Translations under genes and position numbers: made by a program
Notes under the pieces: model-generated
What the model saw: only the letters and a program-made list of their open reading frames with translations
What the model was told of the DNA's origin: nothing
The model's database searches: none
Part shown: piece by piece, positions 12,816 to 27,462 of the stretch
Layout of the letters: the number at the start of each line of letters is the position of its first letter
Numbering within the stretch: the first letter of the stretch is position 1
Source: Octopus sinensis
Taxonomy: Eukaryota
Reading direction: 5' to 3'
Assembly (NCBI RefSeq): GCF_006345805.1
Contig: NC_043019.1
Coordinates: forward strand, 9,795,360 to 9,859,359
Length of the DNA: 64,000 nucleotides

Positions 12816-13128
12816 ATATGTATGTATATATATATGTATGTATATTATATATATATATATATGTATTATATATATATATGTATGTATATATATATATATG
12901 TATGTAATATATATATGTATGTAATATATATGTATATATATATGTATGTATTATATATATGTATGTGTATATATATATATGTATGTATATATATATATAT
13001 GTATGTATATATATATATGTATATAATAATAAATATTAGGGAATAAATCCAAACTTACAGGGAAAAATCAGATTTAGGATTGAATCCAATTTTGTAGTAA
13101 AATATTATATTGTATTAAATTAGAGACA
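12420..13128. repeat. ~100-bp inverted repeat (pLTR 3' continuation) flanking a ~500-bp (TA)n/(TATG)n tract
   Basis: TTGTCTCTAA..GGATTCAATCCTAAATCTGATTTTTCCCTGTAA..TTCCCTAATATTTATT at 12420-12520 is mirrored at 13025-13128. Confidence 0.85.
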
Positions 13129-13167
13129 ATTTAATATAATATATATGTATATATATATGTATGCATG

Positions 13168-13207
<40 letters not shown>

Positions 13208-13241
13208 CATATATATATATACATGTATATATATATATATA

Positions 13242-13345
13242 CCGTCCAACCCGTGCTAGCGCGGAAAACGGACATTAAACGATGATGATGATATCATCAT
13301 CATCATCATCATCATTTAGCGTCCGTTTTCCATGCTAGCATGGGT
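13242..13345. mobile_element. Two ultra-short RTE 3'-end copies, tail to tail
   Basis: CCGTCCAACCCGTGCTAGCGCGGAAAACGGACATTAAACGATGATG followed by its inverse. Both match the terminus of the RTE at 50985-51043. Confidence 0.8.
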
Positions 13346-13429
13346 TTGTAAAAAACATACATCCAAAAGAAAAAGCTCACTCTAAGAAGTAGAGCAGTAT
13401 ATGTTTAAAATTGGGGAAAGCCAGTTTAT

Positions 13430-13490
13430 GAGATTACCTTGGGTTTCCCATCCAAAAAGGGTTAAGCTCTATGGTGTATCGTCAGATCCC
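13430..13490 (-). ncRNA. Type I hammerhead ribozyme motif with intact core
   Basis: Minus strand reads GGGAT CTGACGA tacaCCATAGAG cttaacc CTTTTTGG atgg GAAAC ccaag GTA^ATCTC. Confidence 0.65.
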
Positions 13491-13536
13491 AAAATCAAGA
13501 CCTCTTAAAGATATGGTCTTGGGCCAACAGGTTTTT

Positions 13537-13597
13537 GGGATTTGATGATACGCCATAAAGCTAAACCCTTTATGGATGGGAAACCTAAAGTAATCCC
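13537..13597 (+). ncRNA. Type I hammerhead motif with a C3>U change (TTGATGA), inverted partner of 13430-13490
   Basis: GGGAT TTGATGA tacgCCATAAAG ctaaacc CTTTATGG atgg GAAAC ctaaa GTA^ATCCC. Confidence 0.55.
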
Positions 13598-13789
13598 ATA
13601 AACCAACCTTCCCCAATTTTAATGTATGTATGTATGTGTGCATTGATGTACATATGTATAATATTTGTGTTTTGTGATTTTTTTGCCATTATTTGGGATG
13701 TATGTTTGCGTGATGTTATTATTATTATAATAGCAACAATGTTATTTTTCCTATTGTTGTTGTTTCATCTTGTTTCTTTGATCTTTCAG

Positions 13790-13995
13790 ATCCATCCCAC
13801 ATCAATGATAGCACACCCATCTACAGTACAAGCAACTGTGCCTCATCCGCAGATTGCTGCCACACCAATCTTGACTAGTCCTGTGGGAACCAATAGCACT
13901 ACACCTAGTCAACCCAATGCTCCATGCTCTACATTGTTTGTTGCAAACTTAGGACAATTTTCATCTGAACAAGAGTTAAAAGATTTGTTCAGTAG
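13790..13995 (+). CDS. cpo: Exon of a couch potato / MEC-8 / RBPMS-family RNA-binding protein: linker plus start of RRM2
   Basis: Acceptor TCTTTCAG| and donor AG|GTAAGA. Encodes IHPTSMIAHP..QPNAPCSTLFVANLGQFSSEQELKDLFSR. The PCSTLFVANLGQF motif is characteristic of Cpo/MEC-8 RRM2 (RNP2). Confidence 0.85.
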
Positions 13996-14267
13996 GTAAG
14001 AAACATTTTGCGCTCATCCTAGTTCAATATGCCATCATCGAATGAAGGGGATAATTTTAAAAGATTGAAAAAAAAAAATGAAAAAAGAAAAAAAAACCCA
14101 CACAACAAATGAAGAGATTAAACAAAAACGAATAATAAAAGACATAAAAGTAAAAAGAAAAGAAAAACTAATAACAATAATAATAATAACATTATAAAAG
14201 AAATCATCATCATGATCATCATCATCATTATTTTATTATTATTATTATTGTTATTATTATTATTATA

Positions 14268-14309
<42 letters not shown>

Positions 14310-16106
14310 CATTATTATTAGTGATGATAGTGTTAAGAAGAGGCCTACTACAAAAGCAAGTGATACCAAAAATGATGAAAATGGTTGTTATAATAGTAGT
14401 TGTAGTATTAATAGTAATTGTAATGATAATAGTGCTCCTCATAATGACAATGCAATTAATACTTAATATGAAAAAACTTAATATAATAAGAAATGGTTAC
14501 ATACAAAAACATTTTACGCAACCATTTCATCATGTGGAGGAGGTTTTAGAGTTAATACAGCAAAAAAAAGATTATTGGTAGCTGCTGATATACATGGATG
14601 GCATGGATGGATAAGACAGATAGATACATACAAATAAGTGTACGTTAGCTTGACATGTTAAGGAATATTTCATATTTTGCAGTTTATTTGAAACTGAATT
14701 TATTCTAGAGCTATCTACATTGCTAGACTGTGGTATATGTGTTTGTGTGTGTGGTGTGTATAAGTGTGGATGTGTGTGTATATATACACACACAAGGTCC
14801 AGTGTTCACCAGTACTCAGTAAATATGTGCCATCAAAGTTGTGCCATTATCTTTGGTCTACAATCCCCACAAAAGAACAAAGCAAATTTGATGGACTGTC
14901 ATAATATCTAACAAAAAAAAAAACCCAACTTATCAGCTGGTCATACTCAATTACAAGAAATTCCCAGAAGAATCTATGGCGTACATAAAGTATTTATATA
15001 ACTGAAAGGCCAGAAGCTGCAGCGGTCATCTGGGAAAAGATCACTTTATATATGTATTAAGATAAAAGTACAATATACTTCAAAACTAAGTGAAAGAAAA
15101 CGGTTCTAGAAGCAACCATAAGAGCGACAGATGCACACTTCATTGTTGTCAATGCCATGCACTCAGGTCACTTCTAATAAGAAGTCACCCATACCCATAC
15201 ACACATATATATATCTTTTCTGGAATATTGGCACTTGAGACACATCACATAATGCTATAAATAATAAGCAAGTAAATATTGGTTATGTGGTTAAAAAGTT
15301 TGCTTGTCGACCACATGGTTTCAGCTCCAGTCCCAATGTGCAACAGCTTACCAAGTCTCTTGTACTATACTACTAGGTTGACCGATGCCTTGTGAAGGAA
15401 TTTAGCGAAGCCCATCATACACACATACATATACATACATATATATAGATATTTTTCTTCTTCTTCTTCTTATTATTATTATTATCATCATCATCATCAT
15501 TATAAGTGGCAAACTGGCAGAATAGTTAGCATGGATTGACAAAATGCTGAGTAGCATTTCTTCTGGTTCATTATATTCTGACTTTAAATTCTGCAAAGGT
15601 TGACTTTGCTTTCATCCTTTCAGGGACAATAACATAAATACCAGTTTAGCACTGGGGTCGATGTAATCAACCAGCCCCCACCCCATAAAATTTCAGATGT
15701 TGCATCTAAAGCAGAAGGGATTATTATGATCATTATCTACATATATATATGTATATATATGTATATGTATATATGGACAGATGGATGAGTGGATGGGTGT
15801 ATGTGTGTAAATGCATATGTGTATGTGCCTCTAAGTGTGTGGGTGCATAGGCTAATATTTTGGGTTTCACATAAGAAGTGCTGAGCTTGAAACAGAGAAG
15901 TCTGTTTTAATCCCCAGTCAACAAACCATCTACCTCTGCACTAGAAAGGACCTGTGGAATAAAAAAAAGTACCTTAAGTGAAAAACAGGTAAGAGTTTAT
16001 GACCGGCAGAGCATCCAGTTGTAAAACAATGTCTCAATAATATATATTTGCGTGACTCAGCCTAGCATAGAAAAACATACACAAAATGAACAAAACAATA
16101 AATATT

Positions 16107-16163
<57 letters not shown>

Positions 16164-17278
16164 TTACATATTTCTGTCTGTTTGTCTCTCTCTTTCTCCT
16201 CTCTGTCTCTCTCTATTTTCTTTCTCTCTCTCTCTCTCTCTCTCACTAAACACAAACACATGCACTCACACACACACACACACACACACACAAAGTGTGT
16301 GTGTTACATGTACAATTTTGTATATGTAGATATATATATATATATATATATACAATGTGTTTGTGTATATGCATATGTGTGTGTGTGTGTGTGTGTGTGT
16401 GTTTATGATGTGTATCATTCTCATCAGCAACACTGTGTAAAGTCTCCTCTCTCTTCTGGTTTGGCTCAGATAATTCAATAGGATCCAACGAGTCAGAGGA
16501 TTGCATCCTGCTCTAATGTCTGTTTTGTCATGGTTTCTGTGGCTGGATGTGCTTCCTAATATCAACCACTTTGCAAAGTATATTAGGAAAACTTACAATC
16601 TGCAAGACTAAAGGGCCTAAAAAGGTCCCCTATAACTGATGGGAAATAGGAGTGAGTGACAATATGACTTGACTTTAAGAAAGGCTCGTGTGATGAGAGT
16701 AACAGAGTAGACAGTAGTTGGAAATAAAGGGAGAGACAAAGTGGTCAGGCTAAAGAAGTGAGTTTAGTTAAAGGAGTTCAGGGATATCCCACATTATAAA
16801 GGCAGGATATGAGTAAAGTGGGAAGAGAACATACATGAGATGAATGAGAATCCAGAAAAGAAGGTGTTACAAGGAAGTATACACACCTGTGGATACACAC
16901 ACACACATATCATCATGGCTTAGTGGTCAGTGCATTGCATTGTATTCTTGAGCAAAGCATTTCATTTCACATTGCTCTGCAGTCATTTCGACATCTGACA
17001 TGTGGTACCCAGTTGCACCTGTAAAGGTAATGCCAATTTGATGGAGAGAGTGAGCTTATGTCTACACAAACATTTGATCATTATAAACAAATCATCTGTA
17101 TGGTTAGAAATTCTGGAGATTCTACTAGAGTAGATGCAAACGCTAATCTATGATTTATAAAAACATGTGACATATTAATAAAAATCTGTAAATATAAAAC
17201 CATCCAGGTTTCTGAGTACCTCATTTCTTCTATTATATAATACCTGTACATCACCTCCAAACCTTTTAATATATATAT

Positions 17279-17345
<67 letters not shown>

Positions 17346-17731
17346 TACTAATACACATATTTCTTTACGTACAAAGTGATAAATGTGCATATGTAAGTGT
17401 GGGTTATCATCATCCTCATCATCATCTAATGACCCTTTTTGCACACCTGCCTTGGTTGGTCAGTCCAACATCAACAGACAAATGAAAGGGCTGCACTGAA
17501 CAGCAATGTCTCCTTTGGGAAGGTCTTTGCAGCTGGAAACCCTTACTTACTGCCAACCCCTTTACTGAGAGTACAGGATGCTTTTTCATGGCAAGAACTG
17601 CTGTGCTCACCAAGCATCTGCTAGACAAGACACCCTCAAGTGGGTGGGGATTTTGTGTTGAGGGATAAGAAAGTATAATAGAGGAGCAAATAGTGTCTTG
17701 TTGAAGAGGTGAATATGTGGTTTCCCCATCT

Positions 17732-17768
<37 letters not shown>

Positions 17769-18035
17769 CGTGAAGTCAAGGTAGAAGAGAATAAGATAGA
17801 GGAACAGAAAAGATGGGTGGGTAGGTAAGACCCCTAGAGTGAAAATAATGTAACAGATGATTAGAGACGGGGATTGTGTTAGATGTAGTGAATATCAGTT
17901 CAGCAGAGATAAAGAGAAGAAAGGAAATAGGCTACCATAGAAGACTGGAAGAGGAAGAATAGCTATTAGGAGATGAGTTTGCGGAAAGGCTTGACAGACC
18001 CTCATTTTGCTATTTGTGTGCATGTGTGTGTGTGC

Positions 18036-18066
<31 letters not shown>

Positions 18067-18370
18067 TAAATGAATTGACAGATTGATAGATAAATAAATA
18101 TATAAATTACTATATTAACATATTTATTTATCTATCAATCTGTCAATTAGTAAGTTATAAAAGGCAATTTTACATTAATCTGAAGGACTGGTCCATACTT
18201 TTAGTAGAGTAGAGCTTTATTAATCTTTAGCAAGAATAGTTTGGGTTGTGACTTTGAAGATTCAGCTCATTATTTCTTATAACTTAAATTGTTTTGGTTT
18301 TTTAAAACATTGCATAACATCAGATAATACTTCATGCAATCTATACTACCTAATATATCCGTGCGTGTGC

Positions 18371-18408
<38 letters not shown>

Positions 18409-18463
18409 AAAAGCCTCATCATTGTTTTAACATTCACTTTTCCATGCTTACATGCCATGATGC

Positions 18464-18550
<87 letters not shown>

Positions 18551-18553
<3 letters not shown>

Positions 18554-19300
18554 TAGGTGTACCAAAAAGTGATGTCACGTTTCATTCAGTGAGTTCTGAT
18601 CAGCAGCATAAGATGTTGTAAAGATACTTATTCATTTGAGACATAAATGCCATCATTAAAAATAGCATTTTCACATATCAAAACCAGACAAAATATTCCA
18701 ATTCTTTAGAAGAGAAAATGCTTAAGGTGCTGTTTTGTCAGCATCCCTGCTTCTGAATGTCTTTCACAGGTAAAGTGTTCAAGTGATTTGAATAAATGAA
18801 AACTTGATGGTGCTAGGTCTGTTGAGTAGAGATGGTGAAGTAGAGCCTCCCAGCTTTTATATTTTCATGGGTTATCTTTGCTGAATGTAGCCTGTATTCT
18901 TGAGTGGCAGCTCATGAGGTATCCACTTCCCTCCTCAATACATTTTCCCAATCTGATTGAGATGATCTTGCACACAGGGCCAGAGTTTAGTAAACCTCCA
19001 GGATAGATCCTCAATACTTTTACACAGATCCTTTTCTGTTGCTGTCTCCAAAGTATCATTACTGAGAAATGTTGGTCTCATCAATATCCACCCAAAAGAT
19101 TGAAACCACAATTTTTCAATTCGCTAAACCATCTTTATCATTTCTTAATATGCATACCATCAGGGTAAACAATATGTTTTCCCTTGCACGTGCTGCATGT
19201 TGCCTTACAAAATTTGTAAAGCATGCAATGCTAAATATGCAGCTCAACTAAAGTCCTTGTCTTCCATGGCCTATTAGATAAAGCATGTACACATGGAGCA
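18551..19300 (-). mobile_element. Heavily decayed mariner (3' part of the transposase plus TIR)
   Basis: Minus translation HLYSTDLAPSSFHLFKSLEHF at ~18775-18840 resembles YSPDLAPSDFHLF. A mariner-like end TTAGGTGTACCAAAAAGTGATG lies at 18553. Confidence 0.75.
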
Positions 19301-19505
19301 CACATCCACATTAATGTTGGATCATGAACTCCCTGCTGGTAGCTGAATTGCAGGGACAGCTAGTTATTGGATTCTCACCTATTTGTGATATGAGCATTTT
19401 TCTTTTTAGCACCCCCCCCCCTGATATCTATGCACACATGTATATGGATAAGATGTATGTGGAATATGTGTATGTGTATGTATATATATATATATATATA
19501 TATAA

Positions 19506-19537
<32 letters not shown>

Positions 19538-22500
19538 GTTGACAGACAGAGACAGACAAACACAACACACAGGCAGATGTGTGTATATGTATATTTATGA
19601 ATATTTATGTATATAGACACATAAATGAATATATATATATATGTATATCTATATGTATTTGTGTATATACATATGTATAACTATATAGTTATGTATATAT
19701 ATATGTCTGTGTGCGTGTGTGTGTGTGTGGTGTACATGTGTGCATACATATATATGTTCTTATGTGTTCATCGGTATAAATAAAATTTAATAACAATCAT
19801 CCAGACAAATGTCACATGTCTCCAAGTTTCACCCAAGTCATCAGATATACATAATTAGGTAAGAGGATGGAGACAAGAAAAATTGCCACAGAGGAAGTTA
19901 GCTCTGCACACAAAGCCTTTCTGAAATGCAAAACAAATTTGATGTTTTTCTATTGTATGTTATTTGCAATCCTAGTAAGTCAGGGTTGGGACTGGAAGTT
20001 TTACGATTCTGGTGAGAAGAAAAATAAATACAGAAATTAAGGATCTAGAAATGTATAAAAGGGAGACCCAGCTAGACAAAAATCATAAACATAGAGAGAA
20101 GATGTAGAAGAAGAACAGAAAAGAGGAGAGACGGAGAGAGACACGCAAGAGATAAAGGAATGGAAGAGAAATGGAACACTAATTGAAGTTCTTCTTCCTT
20201 TCCAAATGTTAGGCATACAATGACCGTTGACTTTATCCATCAATTTCCAAGGTGTAACCAGGATACCAGATTTTGCTAAAAACTTTTATTGATGTAGATG
20301 ACAGAGATATAGAAATTTTGAAACACTAGGAAGATGTTCCTGTTTGTAAGCAGGGATTCAGCCTGAATCAAATGATTCTACATAAATGGTTCCTTGATTT
20401 GGGGAAAGATCGTTTTACAGCACCAATATTTGTGATGTTATTGGGCTTTACTTATTAGATGCTCTGAGTAAGAGATTCCCATCCACCACTTTTGGTTTGT
20501 ACAAAGAATATGTATTGGCTACCTTGGAGACCATATGGACACACCTTCTATATTATTAAAGAAAGACATTATCTTGGTCTTCCAGTCCTTCAGTATTATA
20601 GTCACAACAGAAACCAACTTAGCCAGTGTTAACATGTTAGATTGGATGCTAGATTTATGTACCAGTTCTTACCAGCCCTTCCTCAAGCCCAGCAGAAATT
20701 TTGCTTTCATTAACACTGAGCCCTGCCATCTGACTTCTGTGTTCAAGAACATAGTTGAAGGAGTGAGAAGTAGACTATTGACTTTTTTTTTTACTATTAA
20801 GAAATTGTTCGATGGAGCAGCTCTTATTACAACAAGCAGCATGCAGGTTCAAAGACACACCTGACACTTTCAAAACCACCTAAGAGTAGGCACTGCAAAT
20901 TTATTTGCTTTACCCTCACTTTCTAAATGTTATGTCCTACATAAGTAATGCTTCACTTAAGTTAGCTAACAAATATTTTTTTCTCTGCCATAAATATAGG
21001 AAGTTCTCAAATTGAGACACAATTTAGGATTTCTTCTGTTGTTAAGCATACATTGAGAGTACCCTTTACACACAAGCTCACCTTACCACATTTCCTCTTA
21101 CAGAGATACCACTACCTGTCTGTTTAATGGTTGCTGCAATAAAAATGCAATTGTATTTGAAGCAGAACTTTTATATTTCCATTGTGTGAGTGGTAGTACA
21201 TTCTCAGCAACTAGTCCAAGCTGCCTTAGGGGAGTCAACACCAAAATCCTTCTCCTCTCTGTACCTTCATGCTCCCAGTCATTCCTTCACACATTCATCC
21301 CCTCCTTCTTTCTCTCCCACCTTTTTCTCATCATCTCTCTCTCTCTCTCTTCTCCTCTTTTCCATTTTCTCTCTTTCTTTCCTTGAACCCCTTCTTTTCT
21401 TTCCTTCTTTCTTTCAGTTTGTCTTTCTACCTTTCTGCCATTCTGCTTCTCTTTCTCTCCATGCTTATTACATCTGTCTGTGTCTCTCTTCTTTTCTGTC
21501 TCTTTATGAACACATAATTATCACAATCTTTTTCTTCTAGAAAAGCTTAATTTTGTTTCACTTTTTCAAAAGACTTTCTACATGGAAATAACTTTATTTA
21601 CAACCATCTTCTCTGTGCTTGTCTTAGGCCCAAAACATACACATATGTTTGTGTAAACATTATAAATTATGCCTCTTCATTATTCCCTACTGCTGACTGC
21701 TATTTTCCTTTTATTTTTTTCGCTATGTATCACGTGCAATCACACACACACACAAACACACACATGTATGTATGTATGTATTTATGTATGAATAGAAACT
21801 AACATACAGAGCAGTGTATGCAGTCAAAACTCCATACATTTTAGGGAAGCGAACATGTGCCCACCAGTAAAAGTTGGCATACAACAAAATTGACATTTTT
21901 ACTAATACTCCATAATCGTAATTACTTTAGGTTGATTATATATTGTAGGGAAAGTATTTCTAGTCAAATAATTAGAAAAGTAAAATATTCAGGTAACAAT
22001 ACTAATTCAATACTAGCATGGACTCTATCCTTACTTTTTGGTTAACACAATTAGTAAAGTTTAGACCAGAAGGTGATCAGTAGATACATAAGTGAAGAAA
22101 GGGCCCAAAACATTATGTGCGTGTGTGTGTGTCTGTACATGTATAGGAATACATAGGTATATGTATACATATATGTAGTTTCAATACTTATATATATGCG
22201 TGTGTGTATTTTAAAGTCTAGTACTTATTCTATTGCTGAACTGCTAAGTTACAGAGATGTAAACAAACCAATACCAGTTGTCAAGTGGTGTTGAGAGACA
22301 AACACAGATACAGGCAGACACACACACACACACACACATATATATAAGTGTGTCTTCATGTATCTATACAGATGTGTGTGTTTATGTATATACATAGTTG
22401 TGTGTACGATAGATTATACAGTGTCACTAGAATCATTCCATTGAGATTTTATTGCATTGTAACATTGTACAAGGAGGTACGTATGAAGTGCAACATCTAT

Positions 22501-24224
22501 GAGATATTGCAAGACACAACAAAGAACTTCTCGAATCTTCCCAGTGCTGGACTGTGTTGCTTAGGAGTAAATATCAATGTAACACTGGACAGCATAGCTC
22601 AGTATATGCAGCTGCTTAAGAAACCCTCCCTCATTCTTTCATTTTGCTTCTTCTTTTTTTTTTTTACAACAGCAGCAAACCTAGCTGTGACATTCTGTAA
22701 CATCAAGAGGCAACGAGCCTCCACCATAACTTTCCTACCAACTTGTTTAATAAGTGTCAAGAATGATATTTCCCAAATACTGATTGATTATAGATATTAT
22801 ATCATCATTCAGTATCTGGTTCCAATGATGTGTTGAATGGCTTGACAGGATCTAACAAGTGGGAGAACTCCAGTATCTCTTTGATGTGGTGTCTGTGGCT
22901 GGATACCCTTCCTAATGTCAACCACTTTACAAACCTGATTGGGTGCTTTTTTCATGACACTCGTACTTGTGAGGTCATAAAGAAACTTTCAAGAGAAAGT
23001 AAAAGCCTTTTCAATTGAAAGGGGTTATTGCAGGAATTAGAGTGAGAGGCAAAAGTATAACAGAGTGACAAGCATGAGTGTCTTACTATAGAAGAAATAC
23101 GTGGCTACCATGCATTATGTAAGAGGCCTGGTAGTAGACGGAAAGAAGATAAAGATGGGGATGATGATGTGTTAGTGTATATTCTCAAGGGACAAGATGA
23201 CTAGAAGAGAGAATGAGACATAAGATAGAAAAGAGTTGGCGAGGAACTTTGCATGGGTGTAAGAGGAGAGGAGTGACAGATGGAGATGAAGGTAGCGGAT
23301 GAGAGTAGTGGATGATGCACATTATATATATATATATATATCTATATATATATATATATATATATATCTACGAATGTAATAATAAAAATAATACCAGGAT
23401 GCAATTTATAGATATTTAATACATCACTATGTACATTTCAACAGATCAGATGATTTTGACATCAGAGTCGGTATCCTTGGCATTAGAACAGTATAGTCTG
23501 TATTATCCATAGGCATCATCTCTGAGTCATTTCATTTAAAAGCTATATGAATATATATATACATATATATACCGTTCAACCCATGCTAGCATGGAAAACG
23601 GACGCTAAACGATGATGATGATGATATACATGTGTGTGTATATATTTATATTTGTATGTGTGTCTGTGTGTATGCACACACACATATATATATATATATA
23701 TATACATATACACACATGCATATATATCATATAAGAATACGTAGATAGAGGGATAATTAACAGCAATAATATTGATAGAAGAAATATCATGTCATCATCC
23801 ATTTAAAGCAGCACACTAGAAAGACACTCCACAATTTAATTTTAGGTAGATGTTACATTAAGATATTCGGCTTTTCTACTACAGAATGAAAATTATTACA
23901 AGTAAACAGTTTCTGATATCCTCTGCAAAAGTAGTACCAATTCTAGCAGTAGTAACAACTGTAGTGTTTGTCATAATTATAAATAAATTATTTATATTAA
24001 CTTTAAAACTACCAATTTACAATAATTTTAATACTCATAATATGCAATCTTTCATTTGTACAAATCTGGGTGTGGAGAAAGTAAAAGGAAACCTAACTTA
24101 CAGGAATTATGAAGAAAGTAATTGTTATAATAATTATAATGATGATGATGATGATGATGATGATAATGATTCCTTTTATTAGCCTCAAGGACCCAAGAGG
24201 GCAATAAAAATAATAACAATAGTG

Positions 24225-24266
<42 letters not shown>

Positions 24267-24360
24267 TTAATAGCAATAACAGTAGTAATAGTAGTAATAG
24301 CAGTAGTAAATATAATAGTATAAATAATAATAAAATAACAACGACGACAACAACAACAAC

Positions 24361-24400
<40 letters not shown>

Positions 24401-24680
24401 CAATAACAACAACAACCATAAACATATCGTAAAGTGTTTCTATTATTTGCTTTTGACTTTTTTTCTTTTCACCTTTTTGTTCCTCTGTACCTGGGACTCA
24501 TATTTATTGAATAAAAAGGATTTAGTATAATTATTAAGTTAATTTGTCTTTTTACCTCTGTCTTCTCTTACTCACTATTATTATTATTATTTACCTACTC
24601 TGATTTGTAATTAAGTTAAATTATTGTTTTATTTTCTCTCTGGCCCCAGTCCATCCTTATTTGTTTTAAAATCCATCAAG

Positions 24681-24740
<60 letters not shown>

Positions 24741-25814
24741 CACACATATACATATATATTTATTGAATTTTACCATACCTTCAATTCAATATTATATTTC
24801 ACTTGTTAGCAGATTTAAGCAATCAGTTATCGGTTATTGGATCTCCTCCCTGTTTCTCATTTGTTTATGTAACACTCACAATTACATTTTCAAAATCATG
24901 TATGAAATTATAAGCATACATTAGGACATTATTAGCATATCAACATATACATGTGTATACCAGCCCAAATCAATATGCTAAAATTCATATAGATAAACAC
25001 ATAGGCACATGCACACATACATGTGTATATACATATATGTATATGTGTGTGCATATCTATACATATATTTATATAGACACACATACACATGTACATAAGA
25101 ACAACTACACACTGTAAGTATGGATTATCATAGCTACACTTTCAAATACACATACATTTATGCATATGCACCCATGCAAATATTAGCCCATATTACATGA
25201 AGGCACACATTTAAGAATACAAACTGTCAAGTACTTGTAACAAGAGAAATAAAGAAATATCATTGGAGGGAAAGATAAGTGATATTTTCTTCGAGAATAC
25301 CTTCAAAATATCTTAGATTATTAAACAATCCACTATGATGATAATAATATTTTACTCCTAAAAATCATATCCTGGAATTCGTTATACAGCCAAATATCAT
25401 TTTTATGCTTTTTCTATAAAAGTAAGTGGGGATATTGTTACATAATTTGTCTATATTTTATTTTCTTCTTAAATTATGATCTACACAAGTGTGTATGCAC
25501 ACATATATATACACAAACTTGTACATACATGCATAACCACACAAACACATGAATAATCTGTGTTTTTGTCTCATTGCACATGTGTGTATGAGTACATATA
25601 AATGTGTGAGTGTATATATATGCACATATTTCTATATATATATATATATATACATGCACATACATACATACATCATCATCATCAATATATATATATATAT
25701 AATATTATATATATATATATATATATGTACATAGTTCATAAATAAGAATCAAATATTCTGTGTATGCAATACACTGAGTAGGGCTCAAGAGATTTAAACT
25801 TGATGGGGTTTAGA

Positions 25815-26170
25815 AATAAATATAAGGATAAACAAGTTAGACAGATCAATATATAAAGTATATTAAATACATGAATGCAAAAAATTGTTTAAATGTTTAG
25901 ACAGGAAAAGCTCCCACTTACACAGAATACAAAAGATAGAGAAATTGAAGAGTTGAAGTGAAGTATTACACTTGCAGCATTTGTATGTCATTTGAATACT
26001 GTTGGGAGTGGAATACTTTACTTCGACCCTTCAACTCTCTCCTCTATCTTTTGTATTCTGTGTAAGTGAGCTTTTTCTGTGGAAACATTTATACACTTTT
26101 TTGTATTTCATGTATTCAGTATACGTTATTTATTGATCTGCCTAACTTGCTTATCCCTATATTTATTTCT
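25815..26170. mobile_element. Foldback / MITE-like element with ~160-bp imperfect inverted arms
   Basis: TAGAAATAAATATAAGGATAAACAAGTTAGACAGATCAAT..CACTTACACAGAATACAAAAGATAGAG is mirrored on the right and flanked by TA runs. Confidence 0.8.
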
Positions 26171-26216
26171 ATATATATATATATATATACATATATATAT
26201 ACACAACACCGCATAC

Positions 26217-26344
<128 letters not shown>

Positions 26345-26521
26345 CATATATATTATATACACATATATATACATATATATATACTTGTACATATATATAT
26401 ATATATAACATATATATACGTATACACACATAATATAGATATACACTCATACATAAGCATACATACATATCTATTTATATATGTGTGTGTATGTGTATAT
26501 ATATATATATGTGTGCGTGTG

Positions 26522-26566
<45 letters not shown>

Positions 26567-27088
26567 GTATACATACACATGCACAGATATGCATAAATGT
26601 GTGTGTGTGTATTTATGGTTGTAGGCATAGTTAACTCCCTTTTAAACTCATTCTTTCATCTTCAATTTTCAGAGAAAAACAATAAAAACAAAATATAGCT
26701 AAAAACATAATTAATAAACAATTTTTAGGCAAATAAGAACAAATATTTAGCATTTTCAGAATGTAACAGAATAAATACAAGGTTCTCCAGAACTCTTTAT
26801 CGAAACCTTGATTTAATTAACAAAATAAGAACTGTATCACTTTCATGCTAATGAAGAGAGTTGAGTAAAACTGAGCTACAGCTGTTACCTGCCCAAATGT
26901 TTCCCGATAGACTGTCTTTGTAAAATTAAATTTAATGTAGCCATGTGACAATATAGTATATAGTACCATGAGAGAATCGACATGATTAGACACAATGTGT
27001 ATGTATATAAATATGCTTACATATATATGCATGAGTGTGTGTGCATATGCTTACATGTGTATGTTATATGTGCTAATATGAATATATG

Positions 27089-27141
<53 letters not shown>

Positions 27142-27175
27142 TTATATATACACACACACATATACATTAATATAT

Positions 27176-27247
<72 letters not shown>

Positions 27248-27431
27248 TTGGTTTATGCCTACTACTATTTAGCTAGCCTTAGCAGCCTGCAGGTCCATCT
27301 GCTTTACAATTTCTGTAAGGAAATTATCAGACACTCATATCTTTCCAGATTTTCCCAGTGCCTGGCCGTATTCAGACAAAGTACTGATCATGTTGCAAAT
27401 AGTTGATTCTCATGACTTGCAGACCTAGTTT

Positions 27432-27462
<31 letters not shown>

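Noticed and set aside
19810-19850. Minus-strand CTGATGA-cttgggt-GAAAC
   Set aside because: No stem II can form and the site reads GAC rather than NUH, so it is probably chance.
26876-26915. Possible minus-strand microexon (ACAGTCTATCGGGAAACATTTGGGCAG|GTAAC)
   Set aside because: The splice signals are plausible by chance, and there is no match to SLC4 C-terminal motifs.
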